Shown: positions 37,829-49,674, counted from the whole stretch's first letter. The stretch: 63,900 nucleotides of DNA, filler included, from Globobulimina sp. (GCA_003354225.1; 51 parts of 51 records of this genome joined end to end with filler, not necessarily neighbours in it), one strand, 5' to 3'. Program-made: numbers and translations. The notes: generated from the sequence alone by a model not told the origin.

Positions 37829-38816
37829 ATGTCAACTCTCACCACCATTGGTGACCGAGTAAAACTGAAAGACTCCCATCTAATCGGCACAGTCCGTTTC
37901 ATCGGCGAAATCAAACAAAAAACAGGCATTTATTACGGCATAGAACTCGACGAAAAGAAAGGCAAAACTGATGGTTCCAGCTACAAAACATTTTATTTCA
38001 AGACCGAGCCTAAAAAAGGCGTTTTCATAAAACAACAGCAAATTCTAAAAACGAACACAAAATACAATCAACACGTACCACGCATCACTGTCGGCGACAC
38101 TGTCTTTGTACGAAAGTTTGCGTGCAACGCTGTCATTCGTTACATCGGTTCGCCAGAGTTCAAAACCAAACGCAAGCGCTCCAAATCCGGCGCCTTGGCC
38201 AACACTAAAAAATCGAGCCAGCGGTCCTTAGCTTCCACGTCAAACTCTCGCAGTGAGTTCAGCGAAGCTTCCACGTTGTCACTGACGCCAACTCCGACCA
38301 GTCCTCGCTCAGAGAAACAAAATTTAAGTTTCAACCACGAGCCCATTCAGCCCACCACAAGCAACATATGGTACGGTGTGGAATTGGCGCTGTCCAAAGG
38401 AAAAAATAACGGCAAAGTGCAGGGAAAATGGTACTTTCAATGCAAGCCAAAACATGGCTCATTTGTTAGGAAAGAACAGATTGAAATATTAGACGAGCAC
38501 AAAAAATCTCAAACCAAATACAACAGAACGTCAAAGAAAAAACGGCATGGTCGACAGAGGTCGCAATCGGTGGATTTGACATTGAATTTGGATGCTTTGA
38601 ATGCGAAGGGTCTCACTTTTAATGTTGGCGATGGCGTGAAAGGGAAAATTGATCCTAAGATTAAGAAAAAAGCTGTGCGTTCGAGGAAATCGACATTGAC
38701 TGCGGAGCCTCGGCAGTTGAAGAAAAAGAAAAAACAGTCAGCAAAACATCGGTCGACATCGTTGGCGGATCGGCGGGCAATGAATGCGAATACTAAGGGC
38801 AAAATGAATGTGTCTG
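37829..38816 (+). CDS. Tandem CAP-Gly domain protein
   Basis: IGDRV..GTVRFIG..YYGIELDEKKGKTDG; WYGVELALSKGKNNGKVQGKWYFQCKPKHGSFV. Confidence 0.92.
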
Positions 38817-38960
38817 NNNNNNNNNNNNNNNNNNNNNNNNNNNNNNNNNNNNNNNNNNNNTTAATTAATTAANNNNNNNNNNNNNNNNNNNNNNNNNNNN
38901 NNNNNNNNNNNNNNNNAATACATCAATGTAAAAACAAACGTGAAATACGAAAATATAAAG

Positions 38961-40023
38961 GTGTGGTTGAGGGCGTGCGTTGGTGTCAAAGTAATTGCAA
39001 TGTAAAAGAAAGCGGGGTAAGATCAGCTAATGTGGACTCAGAGGGCAATGTGACCCAATCCGCGATGGTTATATGGGGCCCACGAATGGAGACCGGCGCT
39101 GTGGCCAATCTTTATGACATTGATGACGCCGTTGGCGTTGCTAAACATGTCTTGATATATACCGATCACGCTATGCTCGTTGGGGAAGCTGCCACGCGAT
39201 TCGCGGTTCAAAATGGATTTAAACGCAAAGATTTGTATAATAATTCAGACGCAGAAGAAAAATATATCGGTTGGTTGAGTGGTAATTGCAAAAATCATTA
39301 TTGGCGCAATGTTCATAATGGTGAAGGCTGTTCGTTGGTGGATCAACCATATGAACTTGATACGGAGTCCAGTGTTAAGGATATCACAGGTTTTGTTTTT
39401 ATCTCTAGCTCTTACGCTGTTACATGCCATGATTTTCACTGTAAAAAAGTTTTTTTTGAGTGTGTCACTTAATGCATGAGGTACACTGACCTTTTTTTTT
39501 ATGTGTAGGATGTGATGGAAATGAAACTGGAGTAACACCACCAAAGGGACAATCACAGCAAGATTTAACCGGTGGGTTTGTAACCGGCAGTGTAGCGATC
39601 ATTGGAATTGATGAAAATGGTGAGATGGCATTAGCGACCAGTTCCAATGGACTGAAAGGTAAAATCGCAGGAAGAGTGTCGGATGCTGCCATTCCCGGTG
39701 CTGGCGGTTATATTGATCCATCAGTGGGTGGCTGTGCCGCGACGGGAGCCGGAGATGTAATTATTCGATTTTCACCGGCCAAGACTGCAGTAACTTTAAT
39801 GAAACAGGGATGGACACCAAAGCAAGCAGCGCAAGCAGCCGTTGATGAAATTGAAGAATGGTGCGGCGATAAACAAGCCATTGTAATATGTTTAAGTAAG
39901 AATGGGCTTCCTGGCATTGCGGCTAATGAAGCAACGGGAAAACCAAAATATGCGTATAGGAGTGCACGATGTGAGGAAGCTGTATCTGCTGATGTTGATA
40001 ATCCAAGAGGGACTTGCAAATAA
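38961..40023 (+). CDS. Aspartylglucosaminidase-like Ntn hydrolase (intron 39390-39508)
   Basis: METGAVANL..AVGVAKHV..HAMLVGEAA; ATSSNGLKGKIAGRVSDAAIPGAG; AATGAGD. Confidence 0.85.
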
Positions 40024-40171
40024 ATGTGGATGTAACATTAAATATGTACTATTTTTATTTTTTCGTGTATTNNNNNNNNNNNNNNNNNNNNNNNNNNNNN
40101 NNNNNNNNNNNNNNNTTAATTAATTAANNNNNNNNNNNNNNNNNNNNNNNNNNNNNNNNNNNNNNNNNNNN

Positions 40172-41326
40172 TTTATTTTCATAATTTAAATACTTGTTTC
40201 TTTATCCAATTTTACCCGCCATAAAATGTGATATATTCTCGTTTTCAGTGTTTAATTTATTTTCGTCGCTATAGATGTCACTGATAACTATGTCTAACAT
40301 TAATTTGCTAAATTTATCTTTTTCGTATTCAATCGAATTATTAACCCAAATATCCGGTTTTCATTACTTTTTCCATTTATGTTGCGTCATCAAACAATCA
40401 TGCCTAAAATAATAAGCAATTTTATCATGCCTAAAATGGTGGGCTCTCGTCCCAAATCTACATTTGTTCATATGTTCCAAGACATTTTTAGTATTTTCTT
40501 ATGACATTGGTTTCAGACTATTTCACTGTGTTTATCAATCAATGGTAAGCCATATAATATCCGTATCAATAAATTAAAATCATGGTTGTTTAAATCCATT
40601 TCATTCAACTAATCAATGCCAATAATATTATTTAAAAAAGTCATGCATTTATCCGAACGTCTCACATTCATTCTAATTTTTTCAGCAACACTTGCATTAT
40701 TAAATAGTTTATGATATATTTTGTTTTCAATGCAGTACGTAATACATCTTGTTTTTAGTTTGTTGTTTACTTCATATAATGTGTTATTTTCGTATTCTTT
40801 CTCATATTCGTCAACGTTCATTTTTTCTTCGTTCTCATTGTCAGGTTTTAACTTGGCATTTTTCAACATATTCTCGAATAATTCAATGCTACAATTTATA
40901 GTTTCATCCTCTTTCTCGTAACTAATAATATTTCGGCTATCTCAATGTTATATTTCTTTGTTGTGTTAATATTGTTCCACTTTACCGCGTTTTGTACATT
41001 TTTTCTAATTTTACCTCCCGTTCTATATAATACCCGTTCTATATATGAATTTAACAATTTTGTGGACTCCGGAAATGTATGCTGGCGCGATTAAGTTCTG
41101 AATACTGCGAAATGAATAAACCCCCAAAACCTTTGGAAATTGAAAAAATTTGTTTGGTTTCATCATCAATTGGTATTTTTATGGCGGCTTTAATTATTTT
41201 TTCATGAATTTCATTTAGTTTATTCATCCAATTATCTGTATCAATAAATTTGCCGTTTTCATCCGTATCATGTATGGCATCGTTGCACGCCGAGAAATAA
41301 TTTAAATTTTCAAATTTTTCGCATGA
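40172..41326 (-). mobile_element. Degenerate, interrupted copy of the RLE/CRE-like element
   Basis: SCEKFEN..IPIDDET, LYEVNNKLK, FLNNIIGID, HFRHDKIAY and KPDIWV match 11306-12460, with stops, frameshifts and an insert. Confidence 0.85.
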
Positions 41327-41426
41327 NNNNNNNNNNNNNNNNNNNNNNNNNNNNNNNNNNNNNNNNNNNNTTAATTAATTAANNNNNNNNNNNNNNNNNN
41401 NNNNNNNNNNNNNNNNNNNNNNNNNN

Positions 41427-42581
41427 AACCACTGGATGCCGCCGCCTTCGGGCAGGGGCGTCACGCCGACGTCCCTCACAGTGATATCATCGCCGACTCG
41501 CAACCTATCACTGAGCACCTCCTTCGGCGCAGAGCCCAATGCCGAGGCTAAAACATGCGAATAAATGTATAATTTATGAAACGGACTCAAGTTGGTATCG
41601 TAGCGGTCGTTGTCGTAGATATTGGCATCAAGGCGACGCAATTGTTTGGCGGGGAAACCGTCCCAAGACTCTAAGTGCGAGAAACTTAATATTCGACATG
41701 TAATCGGTGAGCGTTTGCAGCCGGTTAGCAATAAGGAACGAAACGAGTCATTGCTAATGGAATACGGTAATAAGAGGATATCGGCGCGGAAGGAATCGCT
41801 GCGTTCGAATAAATTGCCGCGGCAGATCTCGAACGTGCGTTCAGTGCCAGGCTTGAATAAACTTTCGCGATGAACGCGTTTGATGACAGATTTGGTGGCT
41901 GACATTTCTACGGCGAAGTGAATGCCGTCGGCGTTGCACGAACGGATTATGCCTTGATAGTTGTCGCGTTTTTTGATGTTGTTTTGTTTCAAAGGGATGA
42001 AGCAATGCACCACGTCGCCCACGGCGAAGGTGGTGGCTTTCGACTGAGATGCGGAGGCTTTCTCGGCTATGGTCTGTGGGTTGTGAGTGTACGCAAAATC
42101 GCATGAGAAATATAGGGAAACTAAATACCATTTTGATGGATGGGATTTGTTCCACTAATAAATATTTTCGGTTTTGATAGCCGTTTTTGATCAAAGCCAT
42201 GAGGTTTTGAGTGGCGAAATGGAAGAAGTTTTTGTTTTGTTCGATGCCAAACACGCGGCGTAAGTTGGGATACGAGAGGAAGGTCTGTAAGGCCATGGTG
42301 GCTGTACCGCATTGTAAGTCGTGTAAGGAAGCGGCGGCCGAAGCGTTTAAATGGTTGCGGTCTAATAATTGAGTCACGGATGATGTGTATAATTCGATGG
42401 ACTGTGAGGTGGAAGAGGCGGTACTGAATGGCGAGGATTTTTGTAGTTTGCTTCTGTTTTTTGCGGGCGATTTTTTTTGGTTTTTTTTGGGTGTTTTGTT
42501 CTGGTTTATTTGCGATAATGAATGGACTTTGAAGCCATACAAAAATGCGTTTGGGTTGGAATTTGATGATGATGCAATTAA
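41427..42581 (-). CDS. Degenerate DOT1-like class I methyltransferase domain protein (spliced)
   Basis: LLDRNHLNASAAASLHDLQCGTATMALQTFLSYPNLRRVFGIE; FEICRGNLF..ADILLL. Confidence 0.45.
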
Positions 42582-42681
42582 NNNNNNNNNNNNNNNNNNN
42601 NNNNNNNNNNNNNNNNNNNNNNNNNTTAATTAATTAANNNNNNNNNNNNNNNNNNNNNNNNNNNNNNNNNNNNNNNNNNNN

Positions 42682-43835
42682 TTCATATTATTATTCCAAA
42701 TGCTATTTAATTGTCCTTTCATTGCCGTCTTTGTATTTAATATCGTTCCAATTATCCAATTCCTTCCACTTTGACTTTCCGATACAATTTGAAGCAATCC
42801 ATCAATTTCACTCATATTAAAGTAAGAAAATAATCCATCAGCAATCCAAATTGTATCATAATCTTTTTTAAATCCATTACGTAATAAAACCTGAATCCAT
42901 TTATTATCTCGGAAATCAACACATAAACTCTTCACATTCTCTCTTTTCATAACCTTACATTTATTCACCAATATATCATCTCTATATTTAATAATATCTT
43001 CCAAATCCAATTCAAATATATTCACGTCATCCATATCCAAACATGCCATACGATATGGCCTTGAATCACAACCAACCCCCATAAAAACCACTTGTTTCTT
43101 CTTACCATTTCCAAATTCATTCATAGCTTTTTCAATTCTGTCATCAATCCATTTTGTTCTAAATACAATATATTTTAATAAATCTTTATTATATCCATTC
43201 TCATCATGCCCAGCACCAAATTCCATACTCATACTTATCTGCTTCAAATATTCAAAACCAACTGTACCAGCAAATATTTTTGCAAAATCATCACGCAACT
43301 CACCATTTTCCTTTTTGCTTTCAATGGCTCGACCTGCAGCCATGAACAATGATGTCTTGTCCAACGGAGATATTGTTTCATTTTTCTTTTCCTCCAATAA
43401 ATTATTACTGTTTGCTAAGTTCGAAAGCTCCTCAAACCATCCTAGTTTTTTAGCAAACTCAATAACTCCATCATCACATTTTCCCTGCAGAAAATAATCG
43501 CGATGTTGCTCGCTCAATGCGTTTTTTGCCGCATATTGCATATTAATTAATAATCTCGGACATGAACTGGGAACTTTATGTATCAACCCAGCGAATGGGC
43601 GCACTTTCAAAGATGTGCCCATAATAATTAACATATCACAGTTACCAAAATCCGTAGATAATGATTTGAAAAAATTATGCGGCAGTCCTTCACCAAAAAA
43701 TACAACATCAGGCTTAACCACACCGTCGCATTGATCATTTTTGCATATTGGTACCTCAGAATTCATTATTTTGGGAGTAAAATATTTTGCATCATACTTT
43801 TTTCTGCATTTTAGACACGTTCCCGTTCTGTAATG
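42682..43835 (-). CDS. Class I sirtuin fused to LCM/TIGR00027-like SAM methyltransferase (both ends truncated)
   Basis: CLKC..CKNDQC, KPDVVFFGEGLP, GTSLKVRPFA, PRLLIN; then TSLFMAAGRAIES, RTKWIDD, QVVFMGVGCDSRPYR, IFELD, WIADGL. Confidence 0.9.
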
Positions 43836-43936
43836 GNNNNNNNNNNNNNNNNNNNNNNNNNNNNNNNNNNNNNNNNNNNNTTAATTAATTAANNNNNNNN
43901 NNNNNNNNNNNNNNNNNNNNNNNNNNNNNNNNNNNN

Positions 43937-45090
43937 CTGTTCCATTCATCGAAAGACAATTGCAGGAAATGTGGCCGTGTTGTTTGCAAACAATGTCTAA
44001 AATATAAAATCAAAGATGTACGCAATATATGCGCAGAATGTTATAAATCAAAAGACAACGAAAACAGAAACAAAAACAAAAACATAAGTCCATTATCTAT
44101 AGAAAAAACCAACATCTATGCTCAATATGAAGATATGAAAAATAATCCATATTTATCTGAAGATTCACTAAAACAATACCAACGACAATTTAATCTGCCA
44201 ATGGCAATGCATAAACCAAGTCTCTTATCCGACACATCCGTGCCTGTTCCACAAAGTCTATTAGATTTCACCACTGATATCCCATTGCCTGGCAGTAAGG
44301 CGCCCTCTCCACACATTATCTCACCGCTATTGAAAGAGGATGACGACGATCAACGTTTTAAATATCAAAACCCAAACAAAAAACGTGCCTCCTTCACCCG
44401 TGAATTTCGTGAGAGGAAACTGTCAGATCATCAGCGTAAATCGAGTCAAAGTGTTGGCAGTATTGGACTGTCCAATGCATCGCATAAATCTCCAAAGTGT
44501 GTCAATGTAAAAAGGAAAAGTATCACTGTTATCAAATGGATTGCGGATGAAATATTTGATATTGATGAGAAATGTATGAAATTAGTAGAAGAGGCTTGTT
44601 ATTCGCAAGCAAAGATCAACAATACACAAGCGATGATTATCCGTTTGGATGGGTATAGTTTTGGGATCTTTACTGCTAAAATGAAGAAACCGTTTGATAA
44701 ACGTTTTCATTCCGCAATGGTGTATACGGCATGTGATTTGTTGCGCGAATTCGATGCGTATACCGTCTTTGTGCAAAGCGATGAGATTTTGTTAATTTAT
44801 CCAAGCTCACATCATCAAAGTAAGGCAAATTATTTATTTGCTGGGAAAATTGCTAAAATATTGTCCATTGTGTCTTCGTTTGCGAGCATGCGATTTATTC
44901 GCCATTTGCAAAGGGAATATTTGCATTTGGTGGATAAGGATGAAAATGTACAGAATTGCTTTGCGAGTTTCAATGGGAAATGTTTTAATATCCCGGATGA
45001 GAATGAAATATTTAATTACATCATATGGAGATTGAAGAAGAATGTCCGCGGATATCATAAGAAAATATTGACTGTAGATAATGAGTTTTG
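43937..45090 (+). CDS. FYVE-like zinc finger plus Thg1-like (tRNA-His guanylyltransferase) domain
   Basis: Open from contig start: NCRKCGRVVCKQC..ICAECY; then IIRLDG.SF..FT..KPFD, QSDEI, IFNYIIWR. Confidence 0.85.
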
Positions 45091-45779
45091 NNNNNNNNNN
45101 NNNNNNNNNNNNNNNNNNNNNNNNNNNNNNNNNNTTAATTAATTAANNNNNNNNNNNNNNNNNNNNNNNNNNNNNNNNNNNNNNNNNNNNAAATCTGTTT
45201 CACAACTACAAAAGCTCCACACTTATGTTCCGCAAAAAAGGTGCCTGGCACATCACAATGATAATCTTTACAATCAATATCGGTGTTTATCAAATAATTA
45301 CCGTGGTTGTATCTCTTTGAATAGGCATTGTATCTCGTATTTTTCTACGATAAACTGGAAAGAATTGTTTTCGAAACGGATGATACAATAATAAACGAAG
45401 ATAAAGGTAATGAAAGGTGGTAATTAATGATAATTGTCTGCAAAAAAAACAAAATAATGATAAAAATAAATGGAATGTGTGTGTGATTGCTAAAAAGATG
45501 ATTGGTAAATGTCGCCGTTTATTTTATGCGAAAATGCGTGATTTTGTGATGTAATCAAATTAAAATAATGTCAGCTGCTCAAACCTGAACAAAACACATG
45601 CAAATACAATAGAGAAATGCCTTTAACTTTTTTTCCTGAAGGACTTTTCGAAAAATGTTTGAATCCCGAGTTGTTCAAGTAAACAACAACGAGGAAAAGA
45701 AAGATATGAATGTTTAGTGATTTATAATGTATGTAATAGCAATACGAATTTTAAATTAATGAATGGAGTGATAATTTAG

Positions 45780-45900
45780 GTGAATAAAATCAAAACAAAT
45801 TCAATTCGATTAATGTTGACAGAATTAAATATTGATATTACAAAATTTACAATGCATACATTTAGAAAAAATTACAATCAAATTGCAGATAAAAAGAATT
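45780..45900 (+). pseudogene. Possible tyrosine-recombinase remnant
   Basis: LNIDITKFTMHTFRK resembles the H-x-x-R box; flanks contain many stops. Confidence 0.25.
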
Positions 45901-46454
45901 TATCATTGTATATTCATATTTTACTATGCATTGCTAATTTGCTATTAGAGATAATTGAATATTTATATTTCACAAAATTAATGACTTTTTGAAATATATT
46001 TCAAAAAATTAAAAAACTGTGACTTTTTGAAATATTATTCATACTTTATAATTATTCATAATCGAATTAATTATATATATATATTGCGTGTAATAATGCC
46101 ATAATCACTCCGATAACGTATAATAATATCGCATAGTACTTCAATGGAAACATCATTATGCAAGCAACAGTCAGGTTTAGTTGGAAAAACATTTATTGTT
46201 CGAACCAAACAAAATGCTCCGTATTGGTCGTCATAAAAATCATCATCAAATTTATGTTCAACTACTGCCTCTGGATCTAATATCGGTTCTTTCATTGTTA
46301 AAGCAGTCAGCGGTGATTGATTAGTTGCATGGCGTGGTTGACATNNNNNNNNNNNNNNNNNNNNNNNNNNNNNNNNNNNNNNNNNNNNTTAATTAATTAA
46401 NNNNNNNNNNNNNNNNNNNNNNNNNNNNNNNNNNNNNNNNNNNNAACCAATTGC

Positions 46455-47375
46455 TTGTTTTTGATTTTTAGTACCTGCATTCAAACGAGTAGATTGATTG
46501 AAGTTTTTGGTAGTCAGAGAAGGAAGAGACAGCTGGCAAATGCAAAAGCAGGAAGAGTGGATGCATCACAATTGTCTGCTGGGGATGCCATGATAAATAT
46601 TATTCGCTCGACTGAGGCTGATCCTGGCAAGAGAGAAGACGTGATCAAGAAGACGTTGGCTGATAGGAACATTCCACCACATAATCCAGAAGCAACAACT
46701 CCAGAGGATGCGTATCCCTTAAACAGTATTGTTCCTCGCAACATCCAAGATTCGATTGAAGAATTATTCACAATTCGATACGCATCGATAAATTTAGCGT
46801 ATTCCAGTGGACGTAAATTAGTATATAACGATACAACTTCGCATCGCTACATTTTAAAAAGTGTTGCCGTGGGTCAATATCGTTTTGATTGTAAATCCGC
46901 AAATAAAATAACATCACAGATAATACGTCAAATTGGTTTAAAACAAACTGCTGTGACACGAGGACTATCGGCAGACGCGTTTAACGACACAATATTACAA
47001 ATTGTATCATTCTTAGTTAGCGAGTCAGTATATATTGAACGTAAAAGAGCGCGTTATAATTTATACACAATTAGTGAAATAAAAGCATATTTTTGTCACA
47101 ACAAAGAGGAAACATCAGATTTAAGTGACTTTGCTTTGCGTGAATATATTGTTGAGGGCGAAATTGAATTTGAAGCGGAATACGGTTATTCAGTGCATTC
47201 GAGTGATAGTGAGCCAATCAGTGATAAATTGATATTGCAAGAATTAATACGGTCTTATTTCCAACAGATAACTGACAAAGTAAACTATTGGATTATTGAG
47301 AAAATTATACAAGAAATTGAACAGTATTCATACGGCGAAGAGAAAAATTACACTGATTTTTGGCGATATTGTTAA
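46455..47375 (+). CDS. RPA49-like (RNA Pol I subunit) fragment joined in-frame to unrelated sequence
   Basis: LIEVFGSQRRKRQL..IPPHNPEATTPEDAYPL; composition changes after about 46760. Confidence 0.55.
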   Translation: MFLIFSTCIQTSRLIEVFGSQRRKRQLANAKAGRVDASQLSAGDAMINIIRSTEADPGKREDVIKKTLADRNIPPHNPEATTPEDAYPLNSIVPRNIQDSIEELFTIRYASINLAYSSGRKLVYNDTTSHRYILKSVAVGQYRFDCKSANKITSQIIRQIGLKQTAVTRGLSADAFNDTILQIVSFLVSESVYIERKRARYNLYTISEIKAYFCHNKEETSDLSDFALREYIVEGEIEFEAEYGYSVHSSDSEPISDKLILQELIRSYFQQITDKVNYWIIEKIIQEIEQYSYGEEKNYTDFWRYC

Positions 47376-47780
47376 TAAATTGATCACCAAACACTTGATA
47401 TTGCCTCATTTTTGGCAGTAAATTAATTAAATATTAAGCGCATTTTCGCACTGCGCATTATCGCATATCTCTCAACAAATAACTCTGTTACATTGTCATT
47501 TATTTGGTCGTTATTTATAGCAATCAGTTATTTGACGTAGAAATTAATTTTTTGATTTGATAAATTCCATTATTTTATCGATTTAATTAATTGTAACTNN
47601 NNNNNNNNNNNNNNNNNNNNNNNNNNNNNNNNNNNNNNNNNNTTAATTAATTAANNNNNNNNNNNNNNNNNNNNNNNNNNNNNNNNNNNNNNNNNNNNAA
47701 AACTAAAAAAAAAGACTGTGCTATTTTATAATGTTCCGAAAGTTACTAAGATGTTTTGTTGACAAAACCTGTTAAAACAG

Positions 47781-48852
47781 ATGGCTGCAAAAAAAGTCCA
47801 AAAAAAGAAAAAAAGAAAGAAGAATGCAAAGAAAAACAAAACTAAAAACAAAAACAACTCCAACGAGGACTGGTCAGTCCCACAAGAATTAATGATAATG
47901 TATGACGTTTATACCAAAACAGCAAAATCAATATTAATTACAAACGATGATTTTGTGGAAATATTATCCCTTCATATCCTATCTATGTTGAGCATATTTG
48001 ATAAGTTACAATTATTATTTGTAAATAAATTATTTTACAAATTGCTAACTTCATCAGATTCATATCAGAGATTGATTTTAGATCCATATTATTTTGACAT
48101 TACACCTAAATATTTACATCGAACCAATACTGAAAAGGCGGTGTCCCAGACATGAAGATATGATTTCCAATCCACAACCAATTCATTAATTGATTCATTC
48201 AAAGAGCAACAAGATCCAATACAAAGTACCCAACACTTTACACTCGATCTCAAAACAATAAGTAATTTAAAACTGTTTGAATTTAAATGGATGCAAAAAC
48301 CAAAGCAATTCAAAAGTTTATTTAATTTATTATCTGCTTCACCAAAATTGAACACATTAATTTTCCATCAATTCAGCAACTTTGATGATGCAAAAAATCA
48401 ATGGATCAATGATGATATTAAGGAGCAAAAAGCAAATCAATCATATTCTTATTTCTTTCCATTTCCAAAAATGAATTGCTTGCAACATTTAGTACTTTCA
48501 GTATCAAATGATTATGCTCCGACTCATACAGCTTTATTATTTCTGCGACGCGTACCAAATATACAAAGTTTACATGTATTGATAGGAATTACCAACGCAA
48601 ATATGAACATGTACAGCATATTAAATGCAAGTTGCAATGCAAAAGCATCGATATTCCATTTGTTTGATGGATTAAAAGTGCTGAGGCTATCTGGAATGAA
48701 GTTATATTTATTGATTACGGATAAAGGATGGAATGTGTTTATGGCTTTGCTATCTAAATGGAATTGTAATGTGAATACATTGATTTTAGATTTTAGTGTG
48801 GCAACGTTGTTCGCGGTTGTTCGCGGTGCTTTGAGATCAAAAATATTGGCGT
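47781..48852 (+). CDS. F-box/LRR-like protein with single in-frame TGA (48153-48155)
   Basis: LHILSMLSIFDKLQLLFVNKLFY; LRR-like PKLNTL, PNIQSLHV; both listed ORFs share one frame. Confidence 0.55.
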
Positions 48853-48981
48853 NNNNNNNNNNNNNNNNNNNNNNNNNNNNNNNNNNNNNNNNNNNNTTAA
48901 TTAATTAANNNNNNNNNNNNNNNNNNNNNNNNNNNNNNNNNNNNNNNNNNNNTTGTTACTGCATTTAACATTGTCTCAGCG

Positions 48982-49674
48982 ATGCCTTTGTTGCTGAAAA
49001 TAACCAACTTAGATGGATACAGATACAGTGCATTTGATGTGTCGCTTATACAAATATCATCCATTACGGTGCCTCGATTGCAAATATGTTATGCCAATGG
49101 CAATAAATTGGAAGGATTTCTCATGAAATATATTACCTTGTTTGCAAGTATGTATTTAGTAATTATCAAAATCAAAATATTAGTGGGACAATTATTGATC
49201 GCCTTTGGTATTTTTCGAATGGAAACCATTTCACAAAAGCAAGTGTTGAAGGATTTTAAGAAGACACTGGCAGAGACAGCAAAAGAGAGTATTTTGTGGG
49301 ATCTGACCTGGAATCGTTTAATTTCAGTCCGAACACAATATTCTGCGGACATCGGTCCATCTATATGGTCTGAACTAGCGCCTCTAATTACGGCGGTATG
49401 GTATATATTGATATCAAACAACATTGATGATGAAAAGGACTTGTTCTATGATGATGATTTGAGGAATTTTGGCTTGTTTTGTACTTATTGGATTGTGAAC
49501 ACTGGCTCTTTATTCCAGTTCCAAGCATCTTTGTATCTCACTGGAAAGATCAAACGGAAAGAACTTCTGGAGATGGCGAAAATATTTGGTGTGCTGACTA
49601 TTGTGATTCCTGTGATGATCACTGCCATGGAATATAATGTATTTTGGGATTTGCTGCGTGTGTCAGGTTTTTGA
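48982..49674 (+). CDS. Multi-pass membrane protein fragment
   Basis: Several hydrophobic segments. Confidence 0.45.
   Translation: MPLLLKITNLDGYRYSAFDVSLIQISSITVPRLQICYANGNKLEGFLMKYITLFASMYLVIIKIKILVGQLLIAFGIFRMETISQKQVLKDFKKTLAETAKESILWDLTWNRLISVRTQYSADIGPSIWSELAPLITAVWYILISNNIDDEKDLFYDDDLRNFGLFCTYWIVNTGSLFQFQASLYLTGKIKRKELLEMAKIFGVLTIVIPVMITAMEYNVFWDLLRVSGF

Noticed and set aside
42682-45090. Sirtuin-MTase and Thg1 as a gene cluster or defence operon
   Set aside because: They are on different contigs, adjacent only through length sorting
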